Shown here: positions 1 to 10,657 of the stretch, in pieces
How the letters are laid out: each line of letters starts with the position of its first letter
Numbering within the stretch: position 1 is the stretch's first letter
Origin: Rubripirellula sp.
Lineage (GTDB): Bacteria > Planctomycetota > Planctomycetia > Pirellulales > Pirellulaceae
DNA: 64,000 nt
Direction of reading: 5' to 3'
Assembly: GCA_965216875.1 (NCBI GenBank)
Contig: OZ244207.1
Coordinates: forward strand, 2,560,001 to 2,624,000
Notes under the pieces: model-generated
What the model was told of the DNA's origin: nothing
Seen by the model: the letters and a program-made list of their open reading frames with translations, nothing else
Databases searched by the model: none
Made by a program: the position numbers and the translations under genes

Positions 1-222
1 GTTGACGCCAGCGCCCCGCCGTTCTTGATCTTTCATGGCAGCGCCGATGGTGTCGTGCCGCCCAACCAAAGTGAGTTGTTGCATGCCGCGTTGGGCAAGG
101 CTGGCGTCAAGAGCGAGCTACACATCCTTGAGGGTGCTGGCCATGGAGGTCGCGCGTTCGCCGCCCCCGCGGTCCTGCGAAAGCAACATGATTTTTTGAA
201 GGAAGCGTTCCGTTCGGATTGA
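1..222 (+). CDS. Alpha/beta hydrolase (esterase/BD-FAE-like), C-terminal part; runs off the window start
   Basis: Frame is open from base 1. PPFLIFHGSADGVVP...EGAGHG contains the catalytic Asp and His motifs of alpha/beta hydrolases. Confidence 0.8.
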   Translation, partial: VDASAPPFLIFHGSADGVVPPNQSELLHAALGKAGVKSELHILEGAGHGGRAFAAPAVLRKQHDFLKEAFRSD

Positions 223-316
223 GTGGAACGCGCCGCTTGTGGATCTCGATCGCGTGCTGCCTACGAGCTTCCCGCATGAGTGCGTCGACTTTTCAGGCAA
301 ACATGATCCATTTCGA

Positions 317-3300
317 TCACCCCAGATGCAGCGCAACTCTTGCCAGTCGAAGCCAACTGGTACCGACCGCATCCATATTCATGTCATAGCCCTTCGTTGG
401 AATATAGGCTCGCGTGCGGTCAACGATGCGAATCGGAATCGAACTGTGTTTGGCAAGTTGGTCGACACGACGTCGATCGCTGTAGTGCAGAACGATGAAC
501 CGGGCGTCCGCTGTGATGGCTGCAATCTGCCACGCGGCAGCATCCAATCGCAACTCGGCAAGCTCGAGCATCCGTTTTGCGGGTTCGGGAACCGGTCCAA
601 ATCGGTCCCGCAGCTCTTCCTGAACTGCTTTGATTTCGTCGCCGCTGTTGATCTTTGCAATCCGTCGGTACAGGTCGATCTTGTGCCTGAGGTCCGGTAC
701 GTACGATTCGGGCAAGTACGCTTCGATCGGCAAGTCGATATCGACATCGGCTGACAATTTGGGTGGCAGGTTTTGAACCTGACGAACCGCCTCTTCAAGC
801 AACTGGCAATACATTTCGTAGCCAACCGCAGCGATATGTCCACTCTGCTGACTACCGAGCAAATTGCCGGCACCGCGGATTTCGAGATCGCGCATCGAGA
901 TCGCGAATCCGGCACCCATCTGGCTGAATTCTTCGATCGCCCTGAGACGCTTCGATGCCTCAGGCGACAAGTGTTTGTGTTGAGCGATCATCAGGTAACA
1001 GTGAGCCTGGTGCTTGTACCGCCCAACGCGGCCTCGCAATTGATGCAAGTCACTCAAGCCATAGCGATCCGCGTCGTCGATCAAAATCGTGTTGGCGTTC
1101 GGAATGTCGAGGCCACTTTCAACAATTGTCGTCGCCAACAACAAGTCGAACTTGTGCTCGATAAAATCGACCATGACTTGCTCGAGTTCGCCTTCGCCCA
1201 TCTGGCCGTGACCGATCCCAATCCGCACTTCGGGAACGATGCTGCGAATCGTGTCGGCGACCTCATGCATGTCGCCGATGCGGTTGTGGACAAAAAAGAT
1301 TTGGCCGCCGCGGTTGAGTTCGCGCACAATCGCGCTGCGGATCACTTGCTCGTCCCAGCGAACGACTTTGGTTTCGACGGCGCGTCGTTCGGCAGGTGGC
1401 GTCTCGAGGTTGCTGATATCACGAACACCGACCAGTGCCATGTGCAGCGTTCGAGGAATCGGCGTCGCTGACAAGGTCAACACATCGACGTTGCTGTGTA
1501 ACGTCTTGAGACGCTCTTTGACGGCGACCCCGAAACGTTGTTCTTCGTCGATGATCACCAAGCCGAGGTTACTGAAGTCGACATCCTTGCTTGCCAGACG
1601 ATGAGTCCCGACGACGATGTCGACTTTGCCGCGTTTGAGATCCTTGACCGCTTCCCGTTGCTCGGCGGCGGTACAGAAGCGGCTGAGTTTTGCGATCTCG
1701 ACCGGAAACTCGGCCATCCGCGTTCGAAAATTGTGATAGTGCTGTTCGGCGAGCACCGTGGTCGGCACAAGCACGGCGACTTGAAACCCGCTGGTCACCG
1801 CTTTGAAAGCCGCTCGCATGGCGACTTCGGTTTTGCCGAAGCCAACGTCACCGCAAATCAACCGGTCGGTCGGCTTGGAAGATTCCATGTCGACCTTGCA
1901 GGCATCGATCGCCGTGACTTGGTCCGGCGTCTCGACGTAGGGGAAACTCGCGTCAAACTGTCGTTGCCACTCGTTGTCGCGGTCGAACGTGATGCCGCGT
2001 CGCGTCGAACGCTCGGCTTGCATCTCGAGCAACTCGCAGGCCATGTCGGTGACAGCACTCTCGGCCGCCTTTCGCTGCTTGACCCACGCTTGTCCGCCGA
2101 TCTTGGCGAGTCGGGGGCGTGTCTTGGTTCCACCCACATAACGCTGGACCAATCCGATCCGCGATGCCGGCACATAAACCTTGGTCCCCCCATCAAACTC
2201 AAGGGTCAAGTGTTCAATGTGCTGGCCATTCTTTTCGATATGTTGCAAGCCGCGGTACAGTGCGATGCCGTGGGAAAGATGCACCACCAAGTCGCCCGGT
2301 TCGAGCTGCATCAGGTTGCCAATCGGCTTCCCTTTGGCTCGCGAGCGACCGCGCCGCACCGGACTGCGGTGGAACAGTTCGGCGCCGGTCAGCACCAAGA
2401 CTTCGGCAGATGCCAACCGAAAGCCACCGCTCAGTTCGGCAACCTCGAGGTGCAACCGACCATGTTTCGCAGCTTCGGTGTCGATCAACAGCTCCGACAA
2501 CCGCTCACTGTCGGCCGCGGTATCGCCAACCAAGATGACTTCGTGACCCGCCGCAACGCTATCGATTCGCGTTCGTGTTTCGTCAAGAGATGATGCAAAG
2601 GCGTCCGCGGTGCTGGTTTGCAAGTCGACGATTTCGCCCTTTGCCCCTTCCGCAAGCGTGGTCGCCGTGACGACGCGATGACCATTGAAACTGGCCATCA
2701 ATTCTTCGAACGAAAGAAACCGATCGCTGCCGGACATGCGTTTGAGCAATGCGTCAGCCGATTGCTTGCAGTCATGTGGGTCGACAAAGACGACAATCGT
2801 GTCTTCGGGCAGGTAGTCGGTGATTGGTCCGAGTGCGGCGTCACGAACCGGTTGCGCGTCGCCATCGCCAAGATCGGCCACTTGTTGGTCAAGCGAGATG
2901 GCGGCGATCTCGACATGCTCAAGCGATTCGATACTCCGTTGACTGCCAAGATCGAACCGTCGGATCGATTCGATTTCGTCGCCAAACCATTCGATGCGGA
3001 TCGGATTGGGCTGGTCTGACGAATAGATGTCGAGCAGACCGCCACGCGTGGCGAATTCGCCTGGAAGTTGAACCGCAGTCGTTGCAACAAAACCCGCTTC
3101 GGCAAGCCAGCGGCGAATCGATTCGGGGTCGATCTCGTCGCCAACGCGAATACTACGCGTCGATTCCGAAAGTTTTTCAGGCGTCGGCACGACTTGCAGC
3201 GCACCGCCGATGTAAGCGGTCACCAACAGCGGCTCTGGCGATTCGCTGTCACGCTGCATCAACTGCTGAAGAACCTGCAGTCGCTCGGCATAGTCGTCGT

Positions 3301-3610
3301 CGCGAACAGCCGCCTGAGTGCCGTCACCGGCCGAGAGGGGCAGCGGGATCGATTGCGACAATCCAAACGCCATTGCGTCGCCAGCCACGATGTCCGCATC
3401 GGCGGCCTGCGGCAAAATCATCAAGACATGCGGGGCGTGCCTGGCAACGGCGGCAGCAAAGACACCGCGAACTGCCCCCCAAACACCAGAAAACGCGAGT
3501 CGATCGCCTGGATCGTGCTCTCGTAGGCGCGCACCGACACCGGCCGATTCGTCCAGCAGACGTGGGACTTCGGTGAGCGTTTTGTCGGTTCGAGTGGTGG
3601 TACTTGCCAA
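317..3610 (-). CDS. mfd: Transcription-repair coupling factor Mfd
   Basis: 1097 aa. UvrB-like N-terminus (GEFATRGGLLDIY), RID (GDLVVHLSHGIA), SF2 motifs GDVGFGKTE, DEEQRFG, SATPIPRT, QLRGRVGR, and C-terminal TRCF domain. Confidence 0.97.
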   Translation of the reverse strand: MASTTTRTDKTLTEVPRLLDESAGVGARLREHDPGDRLAFSGVWGAVRGVFAAAVARHAPHVLMILPQAADADIVAGDAMAFGLSQSIPLPLSAGDGTQAAVRDDDYAERLQVLQQLMQRDSESPEPLLVTAYIGGALQVVPTPEKLSESTRSIRVGDEIDPESIRRWLAEAGFVATTAVQLPGEFATRGGLLDIYSSDQPNPIRIEWFGDEIESIRRFDLGSQRSIESLEHVEIAAISLDQQVADLGDGDAQPVRDAALGPITDYLPEDTIVVFVDPHDCKQSADALLKRMSGSDRFLSFEELMASFNGHRVVTATTLAEGAKGEIVDLQTSTADAFASSLDETRTRIDSVAAGHEVILVGDTAADSERLSELLIDTEAAKHGRLHLEVAELSGGFRLASAEVLVLTGAELFHRSPVRRGRSRAKGKPIGNLMQLEPGDLVVHLSHGIALYRGLQHIEKNGQHIEHLTLEFDGGTKVYVPASRIGLVQRYVGGTKTRPRLAKIGGQAWVKQRKAAESAVTDMACELLEMQAERSTRRGITFDRDNEWQRQFDASFPYVETPDQVTAIDACKVDMESSKPTDRLICGDVGFGKTEVAMRAAFKAVTSGFQVAVLVPTTVLAEQHYHNFRTRMAEFPVEIAKLSRFCTAAEQREAVKDLKRGKVDIVVGTHRLASKDVDFSNLGLVIIDEEQRFGVAVKERLKTLHSNVDVLTLSATPIPRTLHMALVGVRDISNLETPPAERRAVETKVVRWDEQVIRSAIVRELNRGGQIFFVHNRIGDMHEVADTIRSIVPEVRIGIGHGQMGEGELEQVMVDFIEHKFDLLLATTIVESGLDIPNANTILIDDADRYGLSDLHQLRGRVGRYKHQAHCYLMIAQHKHLSPEASKRLRAIEEFSQMGAGFAISMRDLEIRGAGNLLGSQQSGHIAAVGYEMYCQLLEEAVRQVQNLPPKLSADVDIDLPIEAYLPESYVPDLRHKIDLYRRIAKINSGDEIKAVQEELRDRFGPVPEPAKRMLELAELRLDAAAWQIAAITADARFIVLHYSDRRRVDQLAKHSSIPIRIVDRTRAYIPTKGYDMNMDAVGTSWLRLARVALHLG

Positions 3611-3774
3611 ATCAATGCTGACCGGCGGTGGTACGAATCAGCAAAAAACGTATCGTGATGTCCCGCCAATGGAAACACCACCTTGGCAAAGTTTATGATG
3701 GGCCGCCTAATCACGACCACTTGTAACCCACCTCACACCTCGCTTACCAACCTCAACCACGTCACAAGAACAAC

Positions 3775-4815
3775 ATGAGCATCGGAATCGGAATCGTCGG
3801 CTGCGGCATGATCGCTAATTTTCACGCCAAAGCGATCAAGGACGCCCAAGGAGCCGCATTGGTGGGATGCACCAGCCGCAATCCAGAGGGTGCCGCTGAG
3901 TTTGCCAAAACACACGGCTGCAAGAGCTTCGCGAGCCTCGAGGAAATGTTGGCCGACCCCGAAATTGACGCGATCACCATTTGTTCGCCGAGTGGCGCAC
4001 ACCTTGATCCCGCACTCGCGGCAGCCAAGGCGGGTAAGCACGTGATGGTCGAAAAACCTCTCGAAATCACCACCCAACGGTGTGACCAAATCATCAAGGC
4101 TTGCGAAGAAGCGGGCGTAAAACTGGCCGTCACCTTCCAGAGCCGATTCCATGAATCGAGCCAACTGATGAAAAAAGCAGTCGACGATGGCCGCTTTGGC
4201 ACCGTCACCATGGGCGATGCTTACGTCAAGTGGTATCGCAGCCAAGAGTATTACGACAGCGGCGCGTGGCGCGGCACGTGGTCCCTCGACGGCGGCGGGG
4301 CGCTGATGAACCAAGCGATCCACTCCGTCGATTTGTTGCTTTGGTTGATGGGACCGGTCGATCAAATCAGTGCCATGACCGCCACGATGACACACGAGCG
4401 CATCGAAGTCGAAGATGTCGCCGTCGCCAACCTCAAGTTCAAATCGGGCGCTCTCGGCGTGATCGAAGCAACGACGACGGCCTACCCCGGAGCGCTTAAG
4501 CGGATCGAAGTCAGCGGAGCCAAAGGAACGGCGGTCCTCGAAGAAGAAGACATCCACACCTGGCAATTCGAAGACGAAACCGACGAAGACGCTGCCATAC
4601 GCGAGAGGATGGCAGGAAAGACCGACACCGGTGGTGGTGCGGCCGATCCGGCCGCGATTGGTCACCACGGCCACACGATGGTCTTTGAAGACTTTGTCCA
4701 AGCAATCAACAACGACACGCAACCGCTGATCAATGGCCATGAAGGTCGCCGCAGTGTTGAGGTGATCTGCGCGATCTACGAAAGTGCCAAGACGGGAACA
4801 ATCATCCAGTTGTAG
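3775..4815 (+). CDS. Gfo/Idh/MocA family oxidoreductase
   Basis: GIVGCGMIA Rossmann motif, HVMVEKP, GGGALMNQAIH. Confidence 0.92.
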   Translation: MSIGIGIVGCGMIANFHAKAIKDAQGAALVGCTSRNPEGAAEFAKTHGCKSFASLEEMLADPEIDAITICSPSGAHLDPALAAAKAGKHVMVEKPLEITTQRCDQIIKACEEAGVKLAVTFQSRFHESSQLMKKAVDDGRFGTVTMGDAYVKWYRSQEYYDSGAWRGTWSLDGGGALMNQAIHSVDLLLWLMGPVDQISAMTATMTHERIEVEDVAVANLKFKSGALGVIEATTTAYPGALKRIEVSGAKGTAVLEEEDIHTWQFEDETDEDAAIRERMAGKTDTGGGAADPAAIGHHGHTMVFEDFVQAINNDTQPLINGHEGRRSVEVICAIYESAKTGTIIQL

Positions 4816-4830
4816 TTGGCAGATTGGTTG

Positions 4831-4882
4831 TGGTGCGTGCAAGCACAGCACCCTACATGTAGCGTGTGTGCTTGCACGCACG
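4831..4882. repeat. Inverted pair of GTAG-tagged REP-like palindromes, family C (GTAG(G/C)GTG..TGCTTGCACGCAC)
   Basis: Copies at 4831-4856 (minus) and 4859-4882 (plus), between convergent genes. Third copy at 34271-34295. Confidence 0.8.
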
Positions 4883-4902
4883 ACAAGTCTATCTGGCGAT
4901 CG

Positions 4903-5514
4903 TTACCACAGCGTCTTGTTGGCGCGCTGCGGCCACTCGTCATCGTAAGCTTGGCCACCGACTCGATCCCCCGATAGATTCGCGAGGATCTGCCCGGCCG
5001 TTGGTAGTGTTGCGGGGTCGATGTGCTTGTCTGAGTTCCACAAATCACTCCGGACAATCGCGCGAGCACACTGGAAATAGACTTCGTCGACCTTGGCGAC
5101 GATCACACACCGCGGACCTTTACCGTCGACTTCATAGGACGCCAATAATTCCTCATCGACGCTGAGTGTTGCCTTCGCGTTGACGCGCAGCGTGTTTCCG
5201 CATCCTGGCAAAAAGAACAGCAGCGCGATCCGCGGATCACGAACAATGTTCCTTAGCGAATCAACGCGATTGTTGCCGCGCCGATCAGGCAGGTGCAACG
5301 TTTTGTCGTCGACAACACGCACGAATCCTGCAAAGTCACCTCGTGGCGAACAATCGAGTCCTTCCGGCCCGCAAGTCGCCAAGGCGAGGAAAGGGGACGC
5401 ATCGATGTACGTCCGATAGTCGTCGGTAACATGTGCGGTAACCTTAACCGTCGACGTCTCGCCCGGCGCTCCGTAGATCTGTTCAAGTTGTTCAATCGAG
5501 TCAATCGTTGGCAT
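4903..5514 (-). CDS. Pyridoxamine 5'-phosphate oxidase-like FMN-binding protein (MSMEG_1061 type)
   Basis: DCSPRGD..GFV, LPDRRGNNRVDSLRNI, YFQCARAIVRS. Confidence 0.88.
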   Translation of the reverse strand: MPTIDSIEQLEQIYGAPGETSTVKVTAHVTDDYRTYIDASPFLALATCGPEGLDCSPRGDFAGFVRVVDDKTLHLPDRRGNNRVDSLRNIVRDPRIALLFFLPGCGNTLRVNAKATLSVDEELLASYEVDGKGPRCVIVAKVDEVYFQCARAIVRSDLWNSDKHIDPATLPTAGQILANLSGDRVGGQAYDDEWPQRANKTLW

Positions 5515-5663
5515 AGCTTACGTGTTGCATCGTTGGGCAAAGTGGGTCCGCTATCGAACACCGAGACCAAACATTCTACGCGGGTTCGCACTCAAAACAG
5601 CCGCTATCGTCGACGAATGTTTAGCGGCACGATCAATGCCCCTAAACGCGCCCAATGCACTCA

Positions 5664-5861
5664 GCGTAGGCCGGATCAAGGAGCGACAGCGACGCGGATC
5701 CGGCATCTTCACTCTTCGCAGCCACCTCCGCCAGAAGCTGAATTCCATCGCCACCCCGTATCTAAAACGCACCACGCTCTGGCGAGCGTAACTACCAACG
5801 CACACGGCGTAGGCCGGATCAAGGAGCGACAGCGACGCGGATCCGGCATCTTCACTCTTCG
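5664..5861. repeat. Composite REP-like array: family A (GTAGGCCGGATCAAGGAGCGACAGCGACGCGGATCCGGC) twice, flanking a reverse family B element (GTAG(C/T)TACGCTCGCCAGA(G/A)CGTGGT)
   Basis: Identical ~55-bp direct repeats at 5664-5718 and 5807-5861. B element at 5771-5795 on the minus strand. Confidence 0.88.
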
Positions 5862-5876
5862 TCACGTGTCGCGTTA

Positions 5877-6521
5877 CTAGCCGAGCTCGCCCAACTGCTG
5901 GCGCAGCCTTCGCAGCACTCTGCTTTTGGCCTGCCGAACGGAAGCTGCCGAAATGCCTAGCTCCTCGGCAATCTGAGCTGTGGGCTGGCCAAGCACCGTC
6001 GCTCGCCAAAACGCATCCCAGGTCGTCGATCGAAACTCGACCCGGACCATTGCCATGGCTCGGTGCAGCAGCGCCGCCGTTTCACTGGCTTCACTGGGGG
6101 CCTCATCGGGCAAGAGCGGATCGGCCACTTCGGCAAGGTAGCGCATTGCCGTGGAACCACCGCGACCATCGGTTTCCGCACTGGCCGCGCGAAAGTGGTC
6201 TCGAATCTTGTTCTTCGTGATCATCCAAACCCAACCGCGAAATCCGGCCGTTTCGTGGCGATATTCAAAACGATCGATCGATCGATGAATCGCTAAGAAC
6301 ACGTCCTGCAACACATCAGGGATTCGATGCTCAGGGACCTGACATTGCAAACACCACGACCGAGCAAGCGGTGCATAAAGATCCACGAGCCGCTGCCACG
6401 CGTCATCGCTACCGCCGCGCAGCTCACACAACAGACTTTCGCTTGATCCATGTTCCTGAGCGTTTGCGGTCGATTCCAACGTGTTTTTCTCGGTTTGAGG
6501 CGTGCACACAGTATGCACCAT
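5877..6521 (-). CDS. ECF sigma-70 factor (planctomycete kinase-associated type); true start may be TTG at 6479
   Basis: Region 2 (AWQRLVDLYAPL...DVLQDVF...FRGWVWMITKNKIRD) and region 4 (IAEELGISAASVRQAKSRVLRRLR). Confidence 0.92.
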   Translation of the reverse strand: MVHTVCTPQTEKNTLESTANAQEHGSSESLLCELRGGSDDAWQRLVDLYAPLARSWCLQCQVPEHRIPDVLQDVFLAIHRSIDRFEYRHETAGFRGWVWMITKNKIRDHFRAASAETDGRGGSTAMRYLAEVADPLLPDEAPSEASETAALLHRAMAMVRVEFRSTTWDAFWRATVLGQPTAQIAEELGISAASVRQAKSRVLRRLRQQLGELG

Positions 6522-6526
6522 TTTTT

Positions 6527-6551
6527 TGTCACACGTCGCCGTTGTTACGTC
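6527..6551 (+). promoter_or_regulatory. Candidate ECF-type promoter (TGTCACA-N14-CGTC) upstream of the kinase
   Basis: Motif lies in the ECF/kinase divergent spacer and resembles TGTCACA/CGTC ECF promoters. Spacing is shorter than the ECF41 consensus. Confidence 0.3.
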
Positions 6552-6621
6552 TGGCGAGAATTAGACCCGCCCTGCGACAACCCCTTTTCCTCCGAACGTC
6601 CATTACCGTCGAGAGACAGGC

Positions 6622-9600
6622 ATGATTTGCTTGACCCGAGAAGAGATCGCCGACTATGTCCAAGGCAGATTGCCCGAACCCGAATCCGAATCGGCCGAAA
6701 GCCACTTGGAAAACTGCCCCAAATGCCAGCAGACCGCCGAGCAGCTGGACGCCCACAGCGACTCACTCTTGCGCCACTTAAAGGTCGCGCCCGAACCAGC
6801 CCCCAGCAGCGACACCTGGCGCGCCTGCCTGGCAAACCTCCGCGACCTGCCAAGCCAAGGTGATGCCGTCCAAGAGCCCGCCCCGTCGATGGACGAAGTC
6901 CTGCGGCCAACCGAGGTGTATCACTATCGACTCGAGCAGCCCCTTGGCCGGGGCGGAATGGGAGTGGTCTATCGCAGTTGGCACCCGCAACTGCATCGCC
7001 CGGTCGCGATCAAAATTCTGAACGCATCACGTTCGGCCGACGAAGCGTCCATCGCGCGGTTCCAACGTGAAATGCGCGCCGCAGGCGGCCTCGATCATCC
7101 AGGCATCGTTCGTGCTGTCGATGCCGGCTATTGGAAAGGGACCTACTATCTCGTGATGGAGCTAATCGATGGCGTCGATCTCTCACGATTAGCTCGCCAT
7201 CTCGGCCCACTTGATGTCCGCGATGCTTGCGAGATCATCGCGCTGGCTGCCGATGCAGTCGAGTTCGCCCATCAACACCAAATCATCCATCGCGACCTCA
7301 AGCCTTCTAACCTCATGCTTGCCACCGATGGCAGTGTCAGAGTGCTCGACTTTGGATTGGCACGCTTTCAATCGAGCGGCTTCGGCGCCGACGCAACCAC
7401 CGCCGGCCGATTGGTTGGAACGCTCGACTACTTGTCGCCCGAACAAGCTTCTGGTGACGGCCAGCTCGACGCACGCAGCGATCTCTACGCACTCGGTGCA
7501 ACTCTCTTTCGATTGCTCGCTGGACGCCCACCCCATGGTTCAAGCAAGAACCGACCGGTCCTTCAACATCTTCAAACGGTCGCAACCTGCGAACCGCCAC
7601 GGCTAACCGAGATCCGTTCCGACCTTCCCGAAGAATTAGTCGAACTGGTTGCAAACATGCTCGCAACCGATCCCGACGCGCGTCCGAAAACCGCTGCCGA
7701 AGTGGCGAAATCACTTCGAGCGTTTTCCAACGACGCCGATCTTGCCAAGCTCGCAACCGAAACAATCGCGAATGCGCCGACCGGTGCCCCAACTCCCTTT
7801 CCCTCCGACGTTGTTTCGGAGGTCAATCCTCCATCTGCCCCCGCAAAAGCACCGCCGGGCTCCAAACGCGGGCTGTTGGTTGCCTGCGCGAGTCTCTTCG
7901 TTGGGCTTGCGATCGGCTTGGGCGCGATCACGCTGTTCCTGAAAACGGGCGAGGCAACCGTCGAAATCGAATCGGACATCGATGACGTCTCACTTGAGCT
8001 GATTCGGGATGGAAAGGTTGCCCAATCCGTCGAACTAAAGACAGGAACCAACACGTCGGTCGTTCGCGTCGGCAAATATGAACTCAAAATCGGTGCCGGC
8101 AGCGACCGAGTACGTTTGGATCAAGAGTCCTTCGAACTCATGCGAGGCGATCACCGCATCGTTCGCGTGACGATGGATCCATTGAACGAACCAGCGTCGC
8201 CCCCCCTTATTCCCGACGCAAAGGCGGTTGCCCTCGATTCAGCTGCGACCGTTGCCGCTTACCTTGAGCAATCACAAAAGACGCTCGACGCATTGCTGGA
8301 GCAGTTTCCTCCTGATCATCCGACCGTCGTCTCAGAAAAACGCAAGTTGGAATCAGCGCAAAACGAACTGATGCAGATTGTCCTGGGTCAGGAACCGGAC
8401 GAAGAGACAAGTCGAGGGCGCACCTACAAGGAATGGACCAACATTGTTCTCCGCGAAACGGACCCTCGCACGATTGTCGACGCGATCGGCTCCCTGGCAT
8501 CGCTAAGCAAACCTTCGCGGCATGACCAAACCATCGAAACGCTGATCAAAATCGCGGCGTCCAACGAACAACGAACCGAAAAGCTTATCGAGTCCTACAT
8601 CGCCACCGTCGCTCCCGATGCGAACTCGTACATTTGGGGACAGCTCTTTCCTGCACCGTCGAATGAATGGGCACTGGTAACCGATGCGATCATCGATGCG
8701 ATCGAAGGCTTGCCGTACGAAACGCAACAAGCGGCCTATGCCAAAGCGGCCTTTGGCAACGACGCGACCGCGAAGCGTTTGCTCCTCATGCTCGCGATCC
8801 GCAACGTCAGCCTCGAAAAGCAACGTTACCTTCCGCATGTTCAGCGACTTTGTGACAGCGAACAACCCGATGACGTTGCGGCGCTGGCACACTTTGCTTC
8901 ACTTCACGCCTATGAACAACCTGTCGGCGACCAGCAAGTCGTCGCGATACAGAGCGACAACATGATGCTTAAGAAAGTTGTTGCTGCGACCATGTTAAAA
9001 ACATCGCGAATCGGCAGTGGCGCCGAACTCGGTCGAGCCTGCGCCGAATTAGAATTCGCGGGAGCGCACATGGGATACCTGATCGGGAACTTGGTTCAAC
9101 TCTCTGTCTCCGATCCCAACGCATTTGATGGTTCGTCAGAAGCGGTCTTGCTCGAAGTGATGGCCAGCGAAACCATTCGCAGATGGGAAGACGCTGAAGA
9201 TGATGCCGATGCGATCAAGGTTGGCGGCATTAGCCCTACCGGCATCAACTATGTGCAGATGATCGCGACAGCCGATCTTCTTGAATCCGAAACGGTTGCA
9301 CGTGCGAGTAAGTTTTTGCACCAACATTTAAACAGGCAACTCAATAAACGCGCATCCCTTCCCAACCCCGAAGCATTCGGCGACGATTCGCCTTGGCTTC
9401 TCTACACAGTCAAGACGCTCGCAGCACTTGACGGCAAGCTCCCCGCGCAGCTCGAGGCCCAACGGATCGATCTGAAATCGAAGCAGGGACAGGCGTTTGC
9501 GAGCTGGTCGGAAAAACTACGCAGTGGAGATGCCGACGCGTCCGACAAAACATCCATTTGGATCGTTCAATTCCCCCTTGAAGCGTTCGAGGTGATCGCA

Positions 9601-10554
9601 GAGGCCTCTGGCGAAAAGCTCAAGACCGATGCTCCAAGACAATTCTTATTGGCGATGCGAGGTTCACGAACACGCATTCGCATGCTCGACGCGGTCGACC
9701 TCGGACTGGCCATTCCGCTTCTCGCCCACATTGCTTCTCGGGCTGACAGTGCCCCTTCCGATCCCGAACGAGCCAACCCGCTTGAATCAGCCGGTCGGGT
9801 CGGCGCGTACCTCTTCGAAAACGCGATGGACCGTGGGATCGACCAATTGTCCGTCGAGCTGCCCGTCAAACAATTTTCGAGCCAACTTCTTGCCATCGCC
9901 GAAAACGACAGTTTCTACCCAGCGCGCGGTATGGCGCTTCGATTGGCTCAAACGGGAGGATCCAGCAACGCTGAAATCGTTGAAGTCGTACGCAAACGTT
10001 TCCTCAGCACCGACGTCGATCCTGAGACGCCATTGAAATGGTCCGACTCGCACGAGTTCGCCTGGATGGTTGACTGCCTCGCCGAAGCGAACCCGTCAAA
10101 CCTTACCGCAGAAGAACTCTCCGCGCTCAGCACGCTTACGCTTAACGCAGAATTCCCACCGGTCGGGGGCAAAGATATCGAAAGAACCTACCTCGCAATG
10201 CTCAAGCTGCACCACGAAGGGAACAATATCGACTCGTCAGTGATCATGGCCGCCTTGGGCCAGCGAACAGGAAAGTCGCGACCGCGATGGCCATCCACCA
10301 GCGTCCGTTCGCGTCAAGCGAGCTCAGGCCCAACCGCACTCGCCGTCATTTCATCAGGCGTTCCCGTTCCCGTCGTGGCCGCAGCGCTAGAGGCGATCAT
10401 CCAGAACCCGCCGAGAAGCGAGCCGCTTCGTGACCTTTTGATCTCGAAGCAAAAGCGAATGGTGAGTCTGAACTTCACCGATTTCGAAGTTTCAGAAACG
10501 CTGATTCGTGCGATCAATCGAATCGAACGCGAACTAGCCCGAAGCAAGCCGTAG
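6622..10554 (+). CDS. Membrane-anchored Ser/Thr protein kinase with N-terminal zinc anti-sigma (ZAS/zf-HC2) motif and long extracytoplasmic C-terminus
   Basis: HLENCPKC (HxxxCxxC), [38 protein letters not shown], and TM helix [22 protein letters not shown]. Confidence 0.93.
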   Translation: MICLTREEIADYVQGRLPEPESESAESHLENCPKCQQTAEQLDAHSDSLLRHLKVAPEPAPSSDTWRACLANLRDLPSQGDAVQEPAPSMDEVLRPTEVYHYRLEQPLGRGGMGVVYRSWHPQLHRPVAIKILNASRSADEASIARFQREMRAAGGLDHPGIVRAVDAGYWKGTYYLVMELIDGVDLSRLARHLGPLDVRDACEIIALAADAVEFAHQHQIIHRDLKPSNLMLATDGSVRVLDFGLARFQSSGFGADATTAGRLVGTLDYLSPEQASGDGQLDARSDLYALGATLFRLLAGRPPHGSSKNRPVLQHLQTVATCEPPRLTEIRSDLPEELVELVANMLATDPDARPKTAAEVAKSLRAFSNDADLAKLATETIANAPTGAPTPFPSDVVSEVNPPSAPAKAPPGSKRGLLVACASLFVGLAIGLGAITLFLKTGEATVEIESDIDDVSLELIRDGKVAQSVELKTGTNTSVVRVGKYELKIGAGSDRVRLDQESFELMRGDHRIVRVTMDPLNEPASPPLIPDAKAVALDSAATVAAYLEQSQKTLDALLEQFPPDHPTVVSEKRKLESAQNELMQIVLGQEPDEETSRGRTYKEWTNIVLRETDPRTIVDAIGSLASLSKPSRHDQTIETLIKIAASNEQRTEKLIESYIATVAPDANSYIWGQLFPAPSNEWALVTDAIIDAIEGLPYETQQAAYAKAAFGNDATAKRLLLMLAIRNVSLEKQRYLPHVQRLCDSEQPDDVAALAHFASLHAYEQPVGDQQVVAIQSDNMMLKKVVAATMLKTSRIGSGAELGRACAELEFAGAHMGYLIGNLVQLSVSDPNAFDGSSEAVLLEVMASETIRRWEDAEDDADAIKVGGISPTGINYVQMIATADLLESETVARASKFLHQHLNRQLNKRASLPNPEAFGDDSPWLLYTVKTLAALDGKLPAQLEAQRIDLKSKQGQAFASWSEKLRSGDADASDKTSIWIVQFPLEAFEVIAEASGEKLKTDAPRQFLLAMRGSRTRIRMLDAVDLGLAIPLLAHIASRADSAPSDPERANPLESAGRVGAYLFENAMDRGIDQLSVELPVKQFSSQLLAIAENDSFYPARGMALRLAQTGGSSNAEIVEVVRKRFLSTDVDPETPLKWSDSHEFAWMVDCLAEANPSNLTAEELSALSTLTLNAEFPPVGGKDIERTYLAMLKLHHEGNNIDSSVIMAALGQRTGKSRPRWPSTSVRSRQASSGPTALAVISSGVPVPVVAAALEAIIQNPPRSEPLRDLLISKQKRMVSLNFTDFEVSETLIRAINRIERELARSKP

Positions 10555-10638
10555 GCCGGATCAAGTAGCGACAGCGACGCAGATCCGGCAGCTCCATTTC
10601 ACATAGCTAAGCGACCACGTTCTGGCGAGCGTAGCTAC
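10551..10638. repeat. REP family A (10551-10589, +) plus family B (10614-10638, -) heterodimer
   Basis: GTAGGCCGGATCAAGTAGCGACAGCGACGCAGATCCGGC followed by ACCACGTTCTGGCGAGCGTAGCTAC. Same arrangement as 5666-5795. Confidence 0.85.
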
Positions 10639-10657
10639 GGGTGGATCATCTCAGCAC

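Noticed and set aside
1538..2593. 351-aa plus-strand ORF and other long ORFs opposite mfd
   Set aside because: Antisense shadow of a strongly supported gene in GC-rich DNA, with no motifs.
3733..4881. 382-aa minus-strand ORF
   Set aside because: Fully antisense to the Gfo/Idh/MocA gene.
5664..5861. Direct repeats as CRISPR or IS ends; ORFs 5293-5880 and 5551-6009
   Set aside because: Only two copies, matching a dispersed REP family. No transposase is present, and the ORFs are translations of repeat or antisense sequence.
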